Source: an uncultured delta proteobacterium
GTDB lineage: Bacteria > Desulfobacterota > BSN033 > UBA1163
DNA: 64,000 nt
Assembly: GCA_963708295.1 (NCBI GenBank)
Contig: CAVPSJ010000011.1
Coordinates: 2,138-66,137, forward strand
Direction: 5' to 3'
Part shown: piece after piece, positions 39,230 to 48,512 of the stretch
Layout: every line of letters starts with the position of its first letter
How positions within the stretch are numbered: position 1 is the stretch's first letter
Notes under the pieces: generated by a model
What the model saw: only the letters and a program-made list of their open reading frames with translations
What the model was told of the DNA's origin: nothing
Databases searched by the model: none
Made by a program: the position numbers and the translations under genes

Positions 39230-40993
39230 ATGGAAGTTCACCCTTTCACCAGTGAGCCTGTCATGGAAGCGGTTCGTCTCTCCGCCCCGGCGATTGCCGT
39301 ATTAGAGAAAAGATATTTAAGAAAAGACGCCGAAGGTAAAGTCGCTGAATCTCCCGAGGAGATGTTCTTGCGTGTCGCAAGGAATATCGCTGAAGCGGAG
39401 CGCCTTTATCATACCCCGGCCTCGGTTGAAGCAGTGTCGGAGATCTTTTTTCGACTGATGGCATCCTTAGATTTTCTCCCTAACTCGCCTTGCCTGATGA
39501 ATGCAGGGAGAAACCTCCAGCAGTTATCCGCATGTTTTGTTCTTCCCGTAGAGGACTCGCTCGACTCCATTTTTGAAACCGTGAAACAGACGGCTTTGAT
39601 CCATCAAAGTGGAGGGGGAACCGGGTTTTCGTTCAGCCGTTTGAGACCGAAAGATGACACGGTTCAATCGACAGGAGGAGGTGCAAGTGGTCCTGCCTCA
39701 TTCATGAGAGTGTTTAACATGGCTACAGAGGTCATCAAACAGGGAGGGACAAGAAGAGGGGCCAACATGGGGGTATTGAGAGTTGATCATCCGGATATCA
39801 TGGAGTTTGTCAACCTGAAAAGAAAGGCTGATGAGATGACAAATTTCAACCTATCCGTGGGGTTGACAAAAGAATTCATGGAAGCCCTTAAGAAAGAGGG
39901 TGAGTACTCTCTGATCAGCCCGAGGACGAGGAAAGAAGTGGGTCGGCTGAAAGCGAGAGAAGTGTTTGACGCGATTGTGAATGCTGCTTGGGAGACTGGG
40001 GATCCGGGAGTCTTATTTTTGGACCGGATTAATGATGCCAATCCCACCCCACAAATAGGAGATATAGAATCCACCAATCCCTGCGGTGAAGTTCCTCTCC
40101 TATCCTACGAGCCGTGCGTACTGGGGTCCATCAATCTTTCTCGCATGGTGAAAGAAAGAAATGGGAGGTGGGAGGCTGATTTTGAGAAGATTAAGGAAAC
40201 GGTAAAGCATGCCGTCCATTTCTTGGATAATGTGATAGACATGAATCAATACCCTTTGCCGCAGATCGCACAAATGGCAAAAGGGAACCGAAAGATCGGG
40301 CTCGGGGTCATGGGATTGGCCCACTTCTTCATCCGGGTCGGCATTCCCTATAATTCGCCAAAGGCTTTGGAAGTGGCAAGAGGTTTAATGAGTTTTATCC
40401 AGCACCAAGCCAGGGAACGATCGATCGAACTTGCTGAGGAGAGAGGGGTCTTCTCAAATTTCCTGGGGTCGATCTATAGCAGCAAGGGAATGAAGTTGAG
40501 GAACGCTACGTTGACGACCATTGCTCCCACAGGAACTCTAAGCTTGATCGCCGACTGTTCGAGCGGCATCGAGCCTCTCTTCGCCATTGACTACGTGAGA
40601 AGAGCCCTAGAAGGCATGGAGTTTCATATGACGGACCCTCTTTTTCTGGAGTTGGGAGAGAAAGAGGGGTTCTTAAGCGAAGGATTACTGAAGGCTCTTT
40701 CGGAGGGGGCGATGCTTCGGGACCTGCCCGACGTCCCCGAGACGATGAGGAAGCTTTTTATTACCGCTTTTGAGATTCCTCCGATCTGGCACATCAAGAT
40801 TCAAGCGGCTTTTCAGGAGTATACCGATAACGCGGTATCCAAAACAATCAACTTTCCACGGGATGCAACAAAAGATGAAGTAGGAGGAGCGTTTCTGACG
40901 GCTTATCAAGAAGGATGCAAGGGCATTACCCTCTATCGGAGCGGAAGTAAGCCGAGCCAGGTCTTAGCCTGCGGAACAAAAGAAGTCTGTTAG
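39230..40993 (+). CDS. nrdJ: Adenosylcobalamin-dependent (class II) ribonucleotide reductase
   Basis: The 587-aa ORF contains LEKRYL, NSPCLMNAG, LSACFVL, ESTNPCGEVPL and a C-terminal Cys pair (LACGTKEVC). Confidence 0.85.
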   Translation: MEVHPFTSEPVMEAVRLSAPAIAVLEKRYLRKDAEGKVAESPEEMFLRVARNIAEAERLYHTPASVEAVSEIFFRLMASLDFLPNSPCLMNAGRNLQQLSACFVLPVEDSLDSIFETVKQTALIHQSGGGTGFSFSRLRPKDDTVQSTGGGASGPASFMRVFNMATEVIKQGGTRRGANMGVLRVDHPDIMEFVNLKRKADEMTNFNLSVGLTKEFMEALKKEGEYSLISPRTRKEVGRLKAREVFDAIVNAAWETGDPGVLFLDRINDANPTPQIGDIESTNPCGEVPLLSYEPCVLGSINLSRMVKERNGRWEADFEKIKETVKHAVHFLDNVIDMNQYPLPQIAQMAKGNRKIGLGVMGLAHFFIRVGIPYNSPKALEVARGLMSFIQHQARERSIELAEERGVFSNFLGSIYSSKGMKLRNATLTTIAPTGTLSLIADCSSGIEPLFAIDYVRRALEGMEFHMTDPLFLELGEKEGFLSEGLLKALSEGAMLRDLPDVPETMRKLFITAFEIPPIWHIKIQAAFQEYTDNAVSKTINFPRDATKDEVGGAFLTAYQEGCKGITLYRSGSKPSQVLACGTKEVC

Positions 40994-41010
40994 ACAAACG
41001 GAATGCACAT

Positions 41011-41055
41011 CGGGCAAAGGGCATGAAGCTCCAAGTTAAGGCTTTTTGCCCTTTT
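41011..41055 (+). terminator. Intrinsic-terminator-like hairpin after nrdJ
   Basis: GGGCAAAGGG pairs with CTTTTTGCCC (with two G-U pairs) around a large loop. TTTTT follows. Confidence 0.4.
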
Positions 41056-41159
41056 TGATCTGGATGGCTCGGAAACCGGAGATTTGAAATTTGTTTTGAT
41101 TGATCACCTGGAATTTGGGCAACAAGAGGTGACGGAATTCTAATCACGACGGGCGGGTT

Positions 41160-41342
41160 ATGTATCCAAGGGTAGACGCCGAAAAATGTAATGGTTGTGG
41201 AAACTGTGCCGAAGTCTGTCCCAGTGAAATCTACGAGATCAGAGAAAATAAGTCAGATCCCATCCATCCCGAGGAATGTATTGAATGCTGGGCTTGTGTA
41301 AACCAATGTCAGACGGAATCGATCCGACTTTGGGAAGATTGA
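41160..41342 (+). CDS. Small 4Fe-4S ferredoxin-domain protein
   Basis: The 60-aa ORF contains CNGCGNCAEVCP and CIECWACVNQC. Confidence 0.75.
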   Translation: MYPRVDAEKCNGCGNCAEVCPSEIYEIRENKSDPIHPEECIECWACVNQCQTESIRLWED

Positions 41343-41426
41343 CCTGCGGCACCGTCAACTCTCACCAGGGGCAACTTTCAGTCAAACGAGTCGAAGGGTT
41401 GAAACTCATTCATCGTTAGAAATCAC

Positions 41427-41455
41427 TTGAAAAATCAGGCCGGTTTTCCTATGAT
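41427..41455 (+). promoter_or_regulatory. Sigma70-type promoter candidate for ispE
   Basis: TTGAAA, a 17-nt spacer, then TATGAT. Confidence 0.4.
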
Positions 41456-41506
41456 GAGAACAGGATTGTGGTTTCTCAGGAAAGAAGATTGTTAGCTCAC
41501 GACAGG

Positions 41507-42370
41507 ATGAACATGAAGGATTCACTCCAATTGGAGTCTCCCGCAAAGATCAATCTGAGGCTTGAGATCCTGAAAAGACGCCCGGATGGATACCATGAGT
41601 TGAGAACCGTTTTCCAGAAGATCAGCCTCCACGATACCCTCCATTTCTCTTTAAGAAAGGAGAAGGGCATTTCCATCGCGGCAGATCATCCAAAGCTTCC
41701 CCTCGGAAAGAAGAATTTAGTGTACAAGGCTGCTCAATCCATGTTTAAAGCGTGCGGTTATCGGGGGGGCGTCCGAATCGAGATTGAGAAAAAAATTCCT
41801 CTCGGGGCCGGGTTGGGAGGTGGAAGCAGCAATGCAGCCACGACCTTGATGGCACTTAATCAACTCTTGGAAGCGAACCTTTCCCGGAAGGAATTGATGG
41901 ACGTGGGGTTGGGGATCGGAGCAGATGTCCCTTTCTTCTTTTTGAAGGGTGCTGCCATTGGGTCAGGAGTCGGTGAGCGACTGAAGAAAGAGGTACTCCC
42001 GTCCCTGTGGTACGTGCTTATCTATCCAAATTTCGAGGTTTCGACACGGTGGGCTTACCGGCATTTTGTGTTGACAAATCAGCGGTTTCGTATTAATCTT
42101 CATAAGTTTTTGAAAACTCCTGAGGGGATTTCTCGCATCCTTTTTAACCATTTGGAAGAAGTGGTTTCGAAAAGATATCCCGAGATTAGCCTCATGAAGG
42201 AATACCTTCTATCTGCCGGCGCTCTGGGCGCTTTGATGACGGGGAGTGGCCCCACCGTTTTTGGATTCTTTACAGAGGCAAAGAGTGCCGAGGGAGCCTG
42301 TGCAAAGATAAAAAAATGGGTCGTGAGGAAAGGGTGGGCCGTTTTTGAGGCACGTGCTCTCGCTGTCTGA
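41507..42370 (+). CDS. ispE: 4-diphosphocytidyl-2-C-methyl-D-erythritol kinase
   Basis: The ORF contains SPAKINLRLEI and the GHMP motif PLGAGLGGGSSNAA. The start is ambiguous: GTG at 41468, ATG at 41507 or ATG at 41513. Confidence 0.9.
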   Translation: MNMKDSLQLESPAKINLRLEILKRRPDGYHELRTVFQKISLHDTLHFSLRKEKGISIAADHPKLPLGKKNLVYKAAQSMFKACGYRGGVRIEIEKKIPLGAGLGGGSSNAATTLMALNQLLEANLSRKELMDVGLGIGADVPFFFLKGAAIGSGVGERLKKEVLPSLWYVLIYPNFEVSTRWAYRHFVLTNQRFRINLHKFLKTPEGISRILFNHLEEVVSKRYPEISLMKEYLLSAGALGALMTGSGPTVFGFFTEAKSAEGACAKIKKWVVRKGWAVFEARALAV

Positions 42371-42445
42371 TACCGGGCATGTTCCCAACATCCAATCCCG
42401 ATAGATGATCGTAATTGATTTAATAAGGAGGAACGAGAGAACTCA

Positions 42446-42607
42446 AACTCGAAGCACGAAACCCAGGTGAAGGATCATAGGGATCCATTCGAAACAAATT
42501 CAAATTTTCCGGGTCAAAGTTCCAAACAGAAATGTCCAGCAATTTTTGAATTCAGCCATTTGGATTTTACAGTTGTTTCGAATTTCGATATTCGGATTCA
42601 GAATTTG
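42446..42607 (-). repeat. TTCGAAAT-family inverted-repeat element, copy D (opposite orientation), just upstream of tRNA-Gln
   Basis: It starts CTCGAAGCACGAAACCC, the reverse complement of the family right end. It contains CATTCGAAACAAATTCAAA. It ends GTTGTTTCGAATTTCGATATTCGGATTCAGAATTT, the reverse complement of the family left end. Confidence 0.65.
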
Positions 42608-42619
42608 CTGATTAAAGAT

Positions 42620-42694
42620 TGGGGTGTCGTCAAGCGGTAAGACACAGGTCTTTGGAACCTGGATTCGGAGGTTCGAATCCTCCCACCCCAGCCA
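42620..42694 (+). tRNA. tRNA-Gln (anticodon UUG) with encoded CCA
   Basis: The sequence is TGGGGTGTCGTCAAGCGGTAAGACACAGGTCTTTGGAACCTGGATTCGGAGGTTCGAATCCTCCCACCCCAGCCA. The acceptor stem is TGGGGTG/CACCCCA. The anticodon loop is CTTTGGA. The T-loop is GGTTCGAATCC. It closely resembles E. coli tRNA-Gln. Confidence 0.9.
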
Positions 42695-42795
42695 TTTTGA
42701 GAAGTCGGAAAGTCGAAAGTAGAGGGGGGGGTGAAGAAGATCACAAATCGACACGCCACGTTTTCACTTTCCGCTCACCGAACGATGAGGCGCTC

Positions 42796-43770
42796 ATGAG
42801 TAAAAAAAGAGTGGTTGTCAACCCAGGACAGGATTTAAGTTGGTTGAGAGTATTCACTGGAAATTCAAACATCCCGTTGGTCCAAAAAATCTGTGACCAG
42901 TTGGGTACCCCTCTCGGGAAATCCGTGGTGAGCACCTTCAGCGACGGAGAGATTCATGTTGAGATTGATGAAAGCGTGCGAGGGATGGACGTTTTCGTGA
43001 TCCAGTCTATTTCTTTTCCTGTGAATGACAATCTGATGGAACTGCTGATTTTGATCGATGCCCTGAAAAGAGCTTCCGCCGAGAGGATTACCGCTGTCAT
43101 GCCCTACTATGGCTATGCCAGGCAAGACCGTAAAGTTCTTCCTCGAGCACCGATCTCCGCAAAGTTGGTCGCAGACTTGATCACCACCGCGGGGGCGTCT
43201 CGAATTCTCACCGTCGACCTTCACGCCGGCCAAATTCAGGGTTTTTTCAATATCCCGGTGGATCATTTATTTGCTGCCCCGGTGCTGTTGGAACACCTCA
43301 GGCTGCTACGCAACGATATCGTCATTGTTTCACCGGATGCGGGCGGAGTGGAGAGGGCTCGGGCCTATGCGAAAAGATTAGACGCTTCCTTAGCCATCAT
43401 TGATAAGCGGAGGGATTCTCCGAATGTCTCCCAAGTCATGAATATCATCGGGGATGTGAATGGCATGACCGCCTTCTTGGTGGATGACATCGTGGATACA
43501 GGGGGAACGCTGGCCCGGGCAGCAAATGCTTTGATTGAAAAAGGAGCGAGAGGCGTTTATGCTTGTTGTACCCATCCGATCCTCTCAGGAAAAGCCGTGA
43601 AGATGATCTCAGAATCACCCATTGTCGAGATGATCGTTACGGATACCGTTCCACTTAGCGAAGAAGCCAGAGCGTGCCCAAAGATCAAAGTTGTTTCGAT
43701 CGCCGGTCTTTTAGCCGATGCTATTCGAAGAATCTATGAAGACGAATCGGTGAGTTGCCTGTTTGTCTGA
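42796..43770 (+). CDS. prs: Ribose-phosphate pyrophosphokinase
   Basis: The ORF contains DGEIHVEIDESVRG, DLHAGQIQGFF and VDDIVDTGGT. The track ORF starts inside the tRNA, so the ATG at 42796 is used. Confidence 0.95.
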   Translation: MSKKRVVVNPGQDLSWLRVFTGNSNIPLVQKICDQLGTPLGKSVVSTFSDGEIHVEIDESVRGMDVFVIQSISFPVNDNLMELLILIDALKRASAERITAVMPYYGYARQDRKVLPRAPISAKLVADLITTAGASRILTVDLHAGQIQGFFNIPVDHLFAAPVLLEHLRLLRNDIVIVSPDAGGVERARAYAKRLDASLAIIDKRRDSPNVSQVMNIIGDVNGMTAFLVDDIVDTGGTLARAANALIEKGARGVYACCTHPILSGKAVKMISESPIVEMIVTDTVPLSEEARACPKIKVVSIAGLLADAIRRIYEDESVSCLFV

Positions 43771-43853
43771 AGGTCCCTGTTCTGATGAAGGGATTCGTAA
43801 CGAATATTCCACGAGTGACATTCACGAGTGCAAATCAATAAAAGGAGCGACCC

Positions 43854-44528
43854 ATGCAAAGACCCATTTTGACAGCTGAGATTCGAGAAGGGGTTGGAAA
43901 GGAGAAGGCGAAAAAACTCCGGTCCAAAGGCCTGATCCCTGCCATTTTCTATGGCCCGCGGGCTCAGACGATCCCTTTGGTCATTCATTCTAAGGAATTA
44001 GCCAAGGCTCTTCAGACAGAAGCAGGGGAAAACGTCTTAATTGACCTTGACATTCGAAAAGGGCCTGAGTCAGACCGCAAGGTGGTGATGCTGAAAGACA
44101 TTCAAATTCACCCTCTCCTCAGGGTAACCCTTCATACGGATTTTTATGAGGTGGCCATGGATGAGGTGGTGACCGTTGAAGTTCCAGTTCACCTGATCGG
44201 GAAGCCTGAAGGGACCAAAGTGGGAGGGATCCTTGAGCAGGTCCGAAGGACCATACAGGTACAATGCCTCCCCGGAGATATTCCCAAGGGCATCGATGTC
44301 GACGTGAGTGGTTTAATGATTGGTGATTCGATTCACGTGCAGGATATTAAAGCGGAGAAAGCAAAAATTATTTCAGATACGAACTTCACCATCGCCACCG
44401 TCGTGCCGCCAGCGGTAGAGGAGAAGGTTGCGGAAGCAGCAGCTCCTGAGGCTGTGGAAGAAGGGGCCGAGGTGAAGGAGAAGGAAGAAGAAGGGAAGGA
44501 GGAGAAAGGGAAGGAGGAAAAAAAATAG
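43854..44528 (+). CDS. rplY: 50S ribosomal protein L25 / general stress protein Ctc
   Basis: The 224-aa ORF contains RSKGLIPAIFYG and has an acidic/lysine-rich C-terminal tail. Confidence 0.9.
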   Translation: MQRPILTAEIREGVGKEKAKKLRSKGLIPAIFYGPRAQTIPLVIHSKELAKALQTEAGENVLIDLDIRKGPESDRKVVMLKDIQIHPLLRVTLHTDFYEVAMDEVVTVEVPVHLIGKPEGTKVGGILEQVRRTIQVQCLPGDIPKGIDVDVSGLMIGDSIHVQDIKAEKAKIISDTNFTIATVVPPAVEEKVAEAAAPEAVEEGAEVKEKEEEGKEEKGKEEKK

Positions 44529-44534
44529 ACACGC

Positions 44535-45125
44535 GTGAAGATCATCGTGGGCCTGGGCAATCCTGGAACCGAATATCGAATGAGCAGGCATAATATTGGA
44601 TTTCAGGTGGTGGATCGTATCGCCCAAATAAACCACATTTCTATCCGCACCAGACGTTTTAGATCTTTTTACGGAACAGGACGGATCAATTCTCAGCAGG
44701 TCATCTTGGCCAAGCCCATGACGTTCATGAATCGAAGCGGAGAGGCGGTCAAGAAAGCAACTGATTTTTTCCACTTGGGGATGGAAGATCTCGTCGTTGT
44801 TCATGACGATTTAGACCTTCCTTTCGGCAGGCTTCGTTTTAAACGAAGAGGAGGGGACGGAGGACATCAGGGAGTTCGTTCCATTATCGAAAGGATGGGC
44901 GGAAATAATTTTTTGAGGCTGAAGGTCGGTGTTGGAAGACCTCCCCAGGGCCTGGATTCAGCCGATTATGTGCTGGAGGTTTTTGACAGAATTGAGCAGT
45001 CCCTTTTGGATCAAATCCTTCCTTTGGCTGCAGAATCCCTGAAGGTCATGCTTCTAGAAGGACTTGAAAAGGCGATGAATCAGTTTCAGAAAAGGAGTGA
45101 GCGGCCTGTTTCACCTCTCGCATGA
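44535..45125 (+). CDS. pth: Peptidyl-tRNA hydrolase
   Basis: The ORF contains IIVGLGNPGTEYRMSRHNIGF and HDDLDLPFGRLRFKRRGGDGGHQG. A GTG start is used. Confidence 0.9.
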   Translation: MKIIVGLGNPGTEYRMSRHNIGFQVVDRIAQINHISIRTRRFRSFYGTGRINSQQVILAKPMTFMNRSGEAVKKATDFFHLGMEDLVVVHDDLDLPFGRLRFKRRGGDGGHQGVRSIIERMGGNNFLRLKVGVGRPPQGLDSADYVLEVFDRIEQSLLDQILPLAAESLKVMLLEGLEKAMNQFQKRSERPVSPLA

Positions 45126-45170
45126 ATTTTCCGATTTCCCTTTATACCCGATCCCTTCAGTCATGGATTT

Positions 45171-46025
45171 TCATTCGCCCTTCTCGATTTCCATGAAAAT
45201 CTTTCCGTGATGGAAAATTCTCACTCCTCCTGTTTCCTCTGAGATGACAATGGCCAGGGCGTCGGTCAGGCTGGTAATCCCGGCGGCGGCTCGATGCCGA
45301 CTCCCGAGACCCAAGGGTATTTCGATATTATCGCCCGAGACATCCAGATGACGGCCGGCGGCCAAGATGACGCCGTCATCGCGGAATATGAACGCCCCGT
45401 CAATCGACGAGAACTCCTTAACGGTTTCTTTCAGCCTGGAGTCCAAAATATTTCTTTCCTCTTCGGGATATCCCTGAAAGGGATTGATAACCATGGGGTG
45501 CGAGAACTTAAAAACGTCCTCATGCCTTCCGAGGACAAAAATGGTTCCAACAGGCTTTCTCCCCTCCTTTCCCTGTATCGAAATCTCTAAAGCAAGACTG
45601 AGAACTGTCTCGAAAACTTCGGGTTTCACGATCTCAGAGATCACTGGAAGATCGGAAGAGGAGATGATTTCAAACTCTTTCCCAAATTCGAGAATCAGGA
45701 GGTTATCCAGGATTTTTGTTTGGGGAATTCCAGAAAGGCAGATCCATTTATCTCCCTTTCTAACCAGACTCTTGGAGAGGGCCTGGATGATAGCCATCTT
45801 CATTTGATTTATTCGACCCAGGGGGGCATCGGGAATTCGAAGTACTTTTTTGAAGACGGAGGCCGCTTCCTGAAAGGAGGATTCATCCTTGATCGCCAGG
45901 ATCAGATCAACCTGTTTTTCCTGACCGATGGTGGCTAAGGCTTCGTAATCCTCGATGGGATCGGCATAAAGCAGGACACCTTTCGAGCGGGTTTTTCTTG
46001 AGATGGTACAGGCCGTCTCCACCAT
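45171..46025 (-). CDS. Diadenylate cyclase (DisA_N/DAC domain) with a pyruvate-kinase-C-terminal-like N-terminal domain (DacZ/CdaZ-type architecture)
   Basis: The C-terminal DAC motifs are DGAFIFRDDG and LGSRHRAAAGITSLTDALAIVISEETGGVRIF. The N-terminal ~110 aa resemble the PK_C alpha/beta domain (..LVRKGDKWICLSGIPQTKILDNLLILEFG). The start is taken at MVETAC (46025) to avoid overlap with ychF. Confidence 0.6.
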   Translation of the reverse strand: MVETACTISRKTRSKGVLLYADPIEDYEALATIGQEKQVDLILAIKDESSFQEAASVFKKVLRIPDAPLGRINQMKMAIIQALSKSLVRKGDKWICLSGIPQTKILDNLLILEFGKEFEIISSSDLPVISEIVKPEVFETVLSLALEISIQGKEGRKPVGTIFVLGRHEDVFKFSHPMVINPFQGYPEEERNILDSRLKETVKEFSSIDGAFIFRDDGVILAAGRHLDVSGDNIEIPLGLGSRHRAAAGITSLTDALAIVISEETGGVRIFHHGKIFMEIEKGE

Positions 46026-46276
46026 GATACGATTCTGCCGCTTCACTCGGACCTCCCGGCGCGTTCCAGATTGAGAAGCCAGGTCACGCGCTCTTAAATC
46101 ATCAGAGTCTTTATTTTCTCTTCCTTTTATTATACAAGTATTGACATGGAATGCTATCGAAAATTTAGGGTTGAGATCCGAAGCGCCTGCCCGCGCAAGT
46201 ACCGACTCGGGAGAGGAAAATAAGGATTCCGAAACCAAATGTCTGATTTGCCGAAAGATCAACAGGGGGGGAATGA

Positions 46277-47371
46277 ATGGGGTTTCGATGCGGGATCGTC
46301 GGCCTTCCAAATGTGGGAAAGTCAACGATCTTTAACGCCCTGACAGCAGCGGGTGCAGCGGTGGCGAGTTACCGTTTCTGTACGATCGACCCCAACATAG
46401 GCATTGTACCCGTTCCGGATAGAAGGCTGGAAACGCTCGCCAAGTTAATCCATCCTAAAAAGGTAATTTCCACTACTCTCGAATTTTTCGACATTGCCGG
46501 ACTTGTTAAGGGGGCAAGCAAGGGGGAAGGGCTGGGAAATCAGTTTCTGGATCACATCCGGAATGTCGATGCCATTGCGCACACGGTCCGTTGCTTCATG
46601 AATGAAAATGTGGCCCATGAGTTGGGTTCGATTGATCCGGGGAGGGATATTGACGCCGTCCATACCGAGCTCCTCCTCGCCGATCTTCAGACTTTAGAGA
46701 AGAGAATGGCGAAGACAGATAAGATGCACCGGGTGGGCGCCAAAGAAGCCACGTTGGAGCTTGAAGTCTACCGAGAAGTCCAATCCGTTCTGAATGAGGG
46801 CCGGTGGGCAAGAAGCATCCACATGACCGGAGAGCAAGAAGCAGTCTTCCTGGATCTTCACCTTCTCACGGCAAAGCCTGTTTTTTATGTCGCCAATGTG
46901 GACCAGAAAGAACTCAAAGGGGAGGGGGCTTGCTTAAAGTTCGTCACGGAGCGAGCCGCCGAGGAGGGGAACAAAGTGGTTCCCATTTGTGGCGATCTAG
47001 AGGCAGAGCTTGCACAACTGAAGGAGGAGGAACGAGAAGAGTTCAGAAGCGAATTGGGGCTGGAGGGATCGAGTCTGGAGCGGTTGGTTGAGGCGGGCTA
47101 CAGCACGTTGTCACTGGTCACGTTTTACACGACGGTTAGCTCTGAACTCAAGGCTTGGACGGTTCCAAGCGGCACCCCTGCTCCTAAAGCTGCGGGGAGG
47201 ATTCACAGCGATATGGAGAAAGGATTTATCCGAGCAGAGGTCATTCCCTTCTCTGACTTTGTTGCTTGTGGTACCGAGCACGCGGCTAGGGAAAGAGGCC
47301 TGCTGCATTCCGAGGGAAAAGATTATTTTATCCAGGATGGAGATATTATCCACTTCCGTTTTAACGTATAG
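46277..47371 (+). CDS. ychF: Ribosome-binding ATPase YchF (Obg-like)
   Basis: The ORF contains CGIVGLPNVGKSTIFNA and has TGS-like C-terminal features. It is 364 aa. Confidence 0.95.
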   Translation: MGFRCGIVGLPNVGKSTIFNALTAAGAAVASYRFCTIDPNIGIVPVPDRRLETLAKLIHPKKVISTTLEFFDIAGLVKGASKGEGLGNQFLDHIRNVDAIAHTVRCFMNENVAHELGSIDPGRDIDAVHTELLLADLQTLEKRMAKTDKMHRVGAKEATLELEVYREVQSVLNEGRWARSIHMTGEQEAVFLDLHLLTAKPVFYVANVDQKELKGEGACLKFVTERAAEEGNKVVPICGDLEAELAQLKEEEREEFRSELGLEGSSLERLVEAGYSTLSLVTFYTTVSSELKAWTVPSGTPAPKAAGRIHSDMEKGFIRAEVIPFSDFVACGTEHAARERGLLHSEGKDYFIQDGDIIHFRFNV

Positions 47372-47520
47372 TGGATTATTATAAATCCGCGGCACGAAGT
47401 CTGAAGAACCGTAAGGCCATCCGGTGCAAGTTCCAAGGGGTTTTAGCTCGTTACCCCAACGCCTTATTCCTTACGGATAAGTGATTTCGATATTCGGATG
47501 TCGAATTGAGGGGGGACGGC

Positions 47521-48096
47521 ATGAAATTAACAAGGTATCTCGTCTACATGATTCCCATTGTTTGGGCTTTTCTCAAGGATCTCGTGTGGGAAGATTTTTC
47601 TTTTGGAGAGATCAGGGTCAACTATCTTTTCGGGAAAGCCAATGCTTATGACCGTGCCGATTTGCTTAGGAAAGCGGTCAGGATCTACAAAGAAATATTG
47701 AGAAAGGACTCCAATCGCATTGCCGTTTTCCTAAACCTGGGGGGGCTTTACTACCGCAGAGGCATGTTTGAGACCGCCATTCCCTACTACGAAAAGGTCA
47801 TCCGCGCGAACCCGAAGCACTACCAGGGTCACTATTGGTTGGCCATGTGTTTTTGGAAGTTGCAACGATATCACGCGGCCATTAATACTCTTGAAGAGGT
47901 CATCCATTTCTTGCCCACCTTTAAGGATGCTCTCAACCTGATGGGCGAATGTTACGAGCAAATAGGCGAGGGGGCGAGAGCGGAACGTTGTTATCTCAAA
48001 GCGATCAGTACCGATCCAGATGGAATTGTTGCTCACGGGGGTGTGTTGGACAGCTGGTCCCAGGAAAAAAAGAAGGAACAGAGGCTAAAACACTAA
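47521..48096 (+). CDS. Membrane-anchored TPR-repeat protein
   Basis: The start MKLTRYLVYMIPIVWAFL is an N-terminal TM helix, preceded by RBS GAGGGGGGA. At least three TPR units follow, including AIPYYEKVIRANPKHYQGHYWLAMCFWKLQRYHAAI. Confidence 0.6.
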   Translation: MKLTRYLVYMIPIVWAFLKDLVWEDFSFGEIRVNYLFGKANAYDRADLLRKAVRIYKEILRKDSNRIAVFLNLGGLYYRRGMFETAIPYYEKVIRANPKHYQGHYWLAMCFWKLQRYHAAINTLEEVIHFLPTFKDALNLMGECYEQIGEGARAERCYLKAISTDPDGIVAHGGVLDSWSQEKKKEQRLKH

Positions 48097-48437
48097 TAGA
48101 ACGCCCCTTGAAGACTTTCTTCTGTGACCACCCTTGATTGACGATATCGGGCGGACGTAACTGCGACGGGGGTGGGGAGGGGAAGGGTGATCAGAAAGGG
48201 AGAGAGTAAGCGGTAAGCTCGCCCTAGCGGCGAGGTCACCATCAACCATTGGATGAATGACCCCTTTTCAGAAGTCCCTGGTCGCCTGTCCGCTTTGACG
48301 GGTGGCCACCAGGAGCACGCCGTTTCGGCATCCAAGAATGTCAATGCATGGACATCCTGTCCAAAATCTGACCATCTTTTGGCCCCCTCTGCGATAAAAC
48401 ATCCTTAAGAATCAACAAATAATCCAGGCGTCGTTTC

Positions 48438-48453
48438 TGGCACAAAAAATGCT
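48438..48453 (+). promoter_or_regulatory. Sigma54 (-24/-12) promoter candidate
   Basis: TGGCAC-aaaaaa-TGCT has the same spacing as the candidate at 38290. It lies about 60 nt upstream of the ATG at 48513. Confidence 0.45.
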
Positions 48454-48512
48454 GCCTATTCATGATGCCGATTTAACCACAGGCATGAACTTATCCATTG
48501 GGAGCGGTTCGA

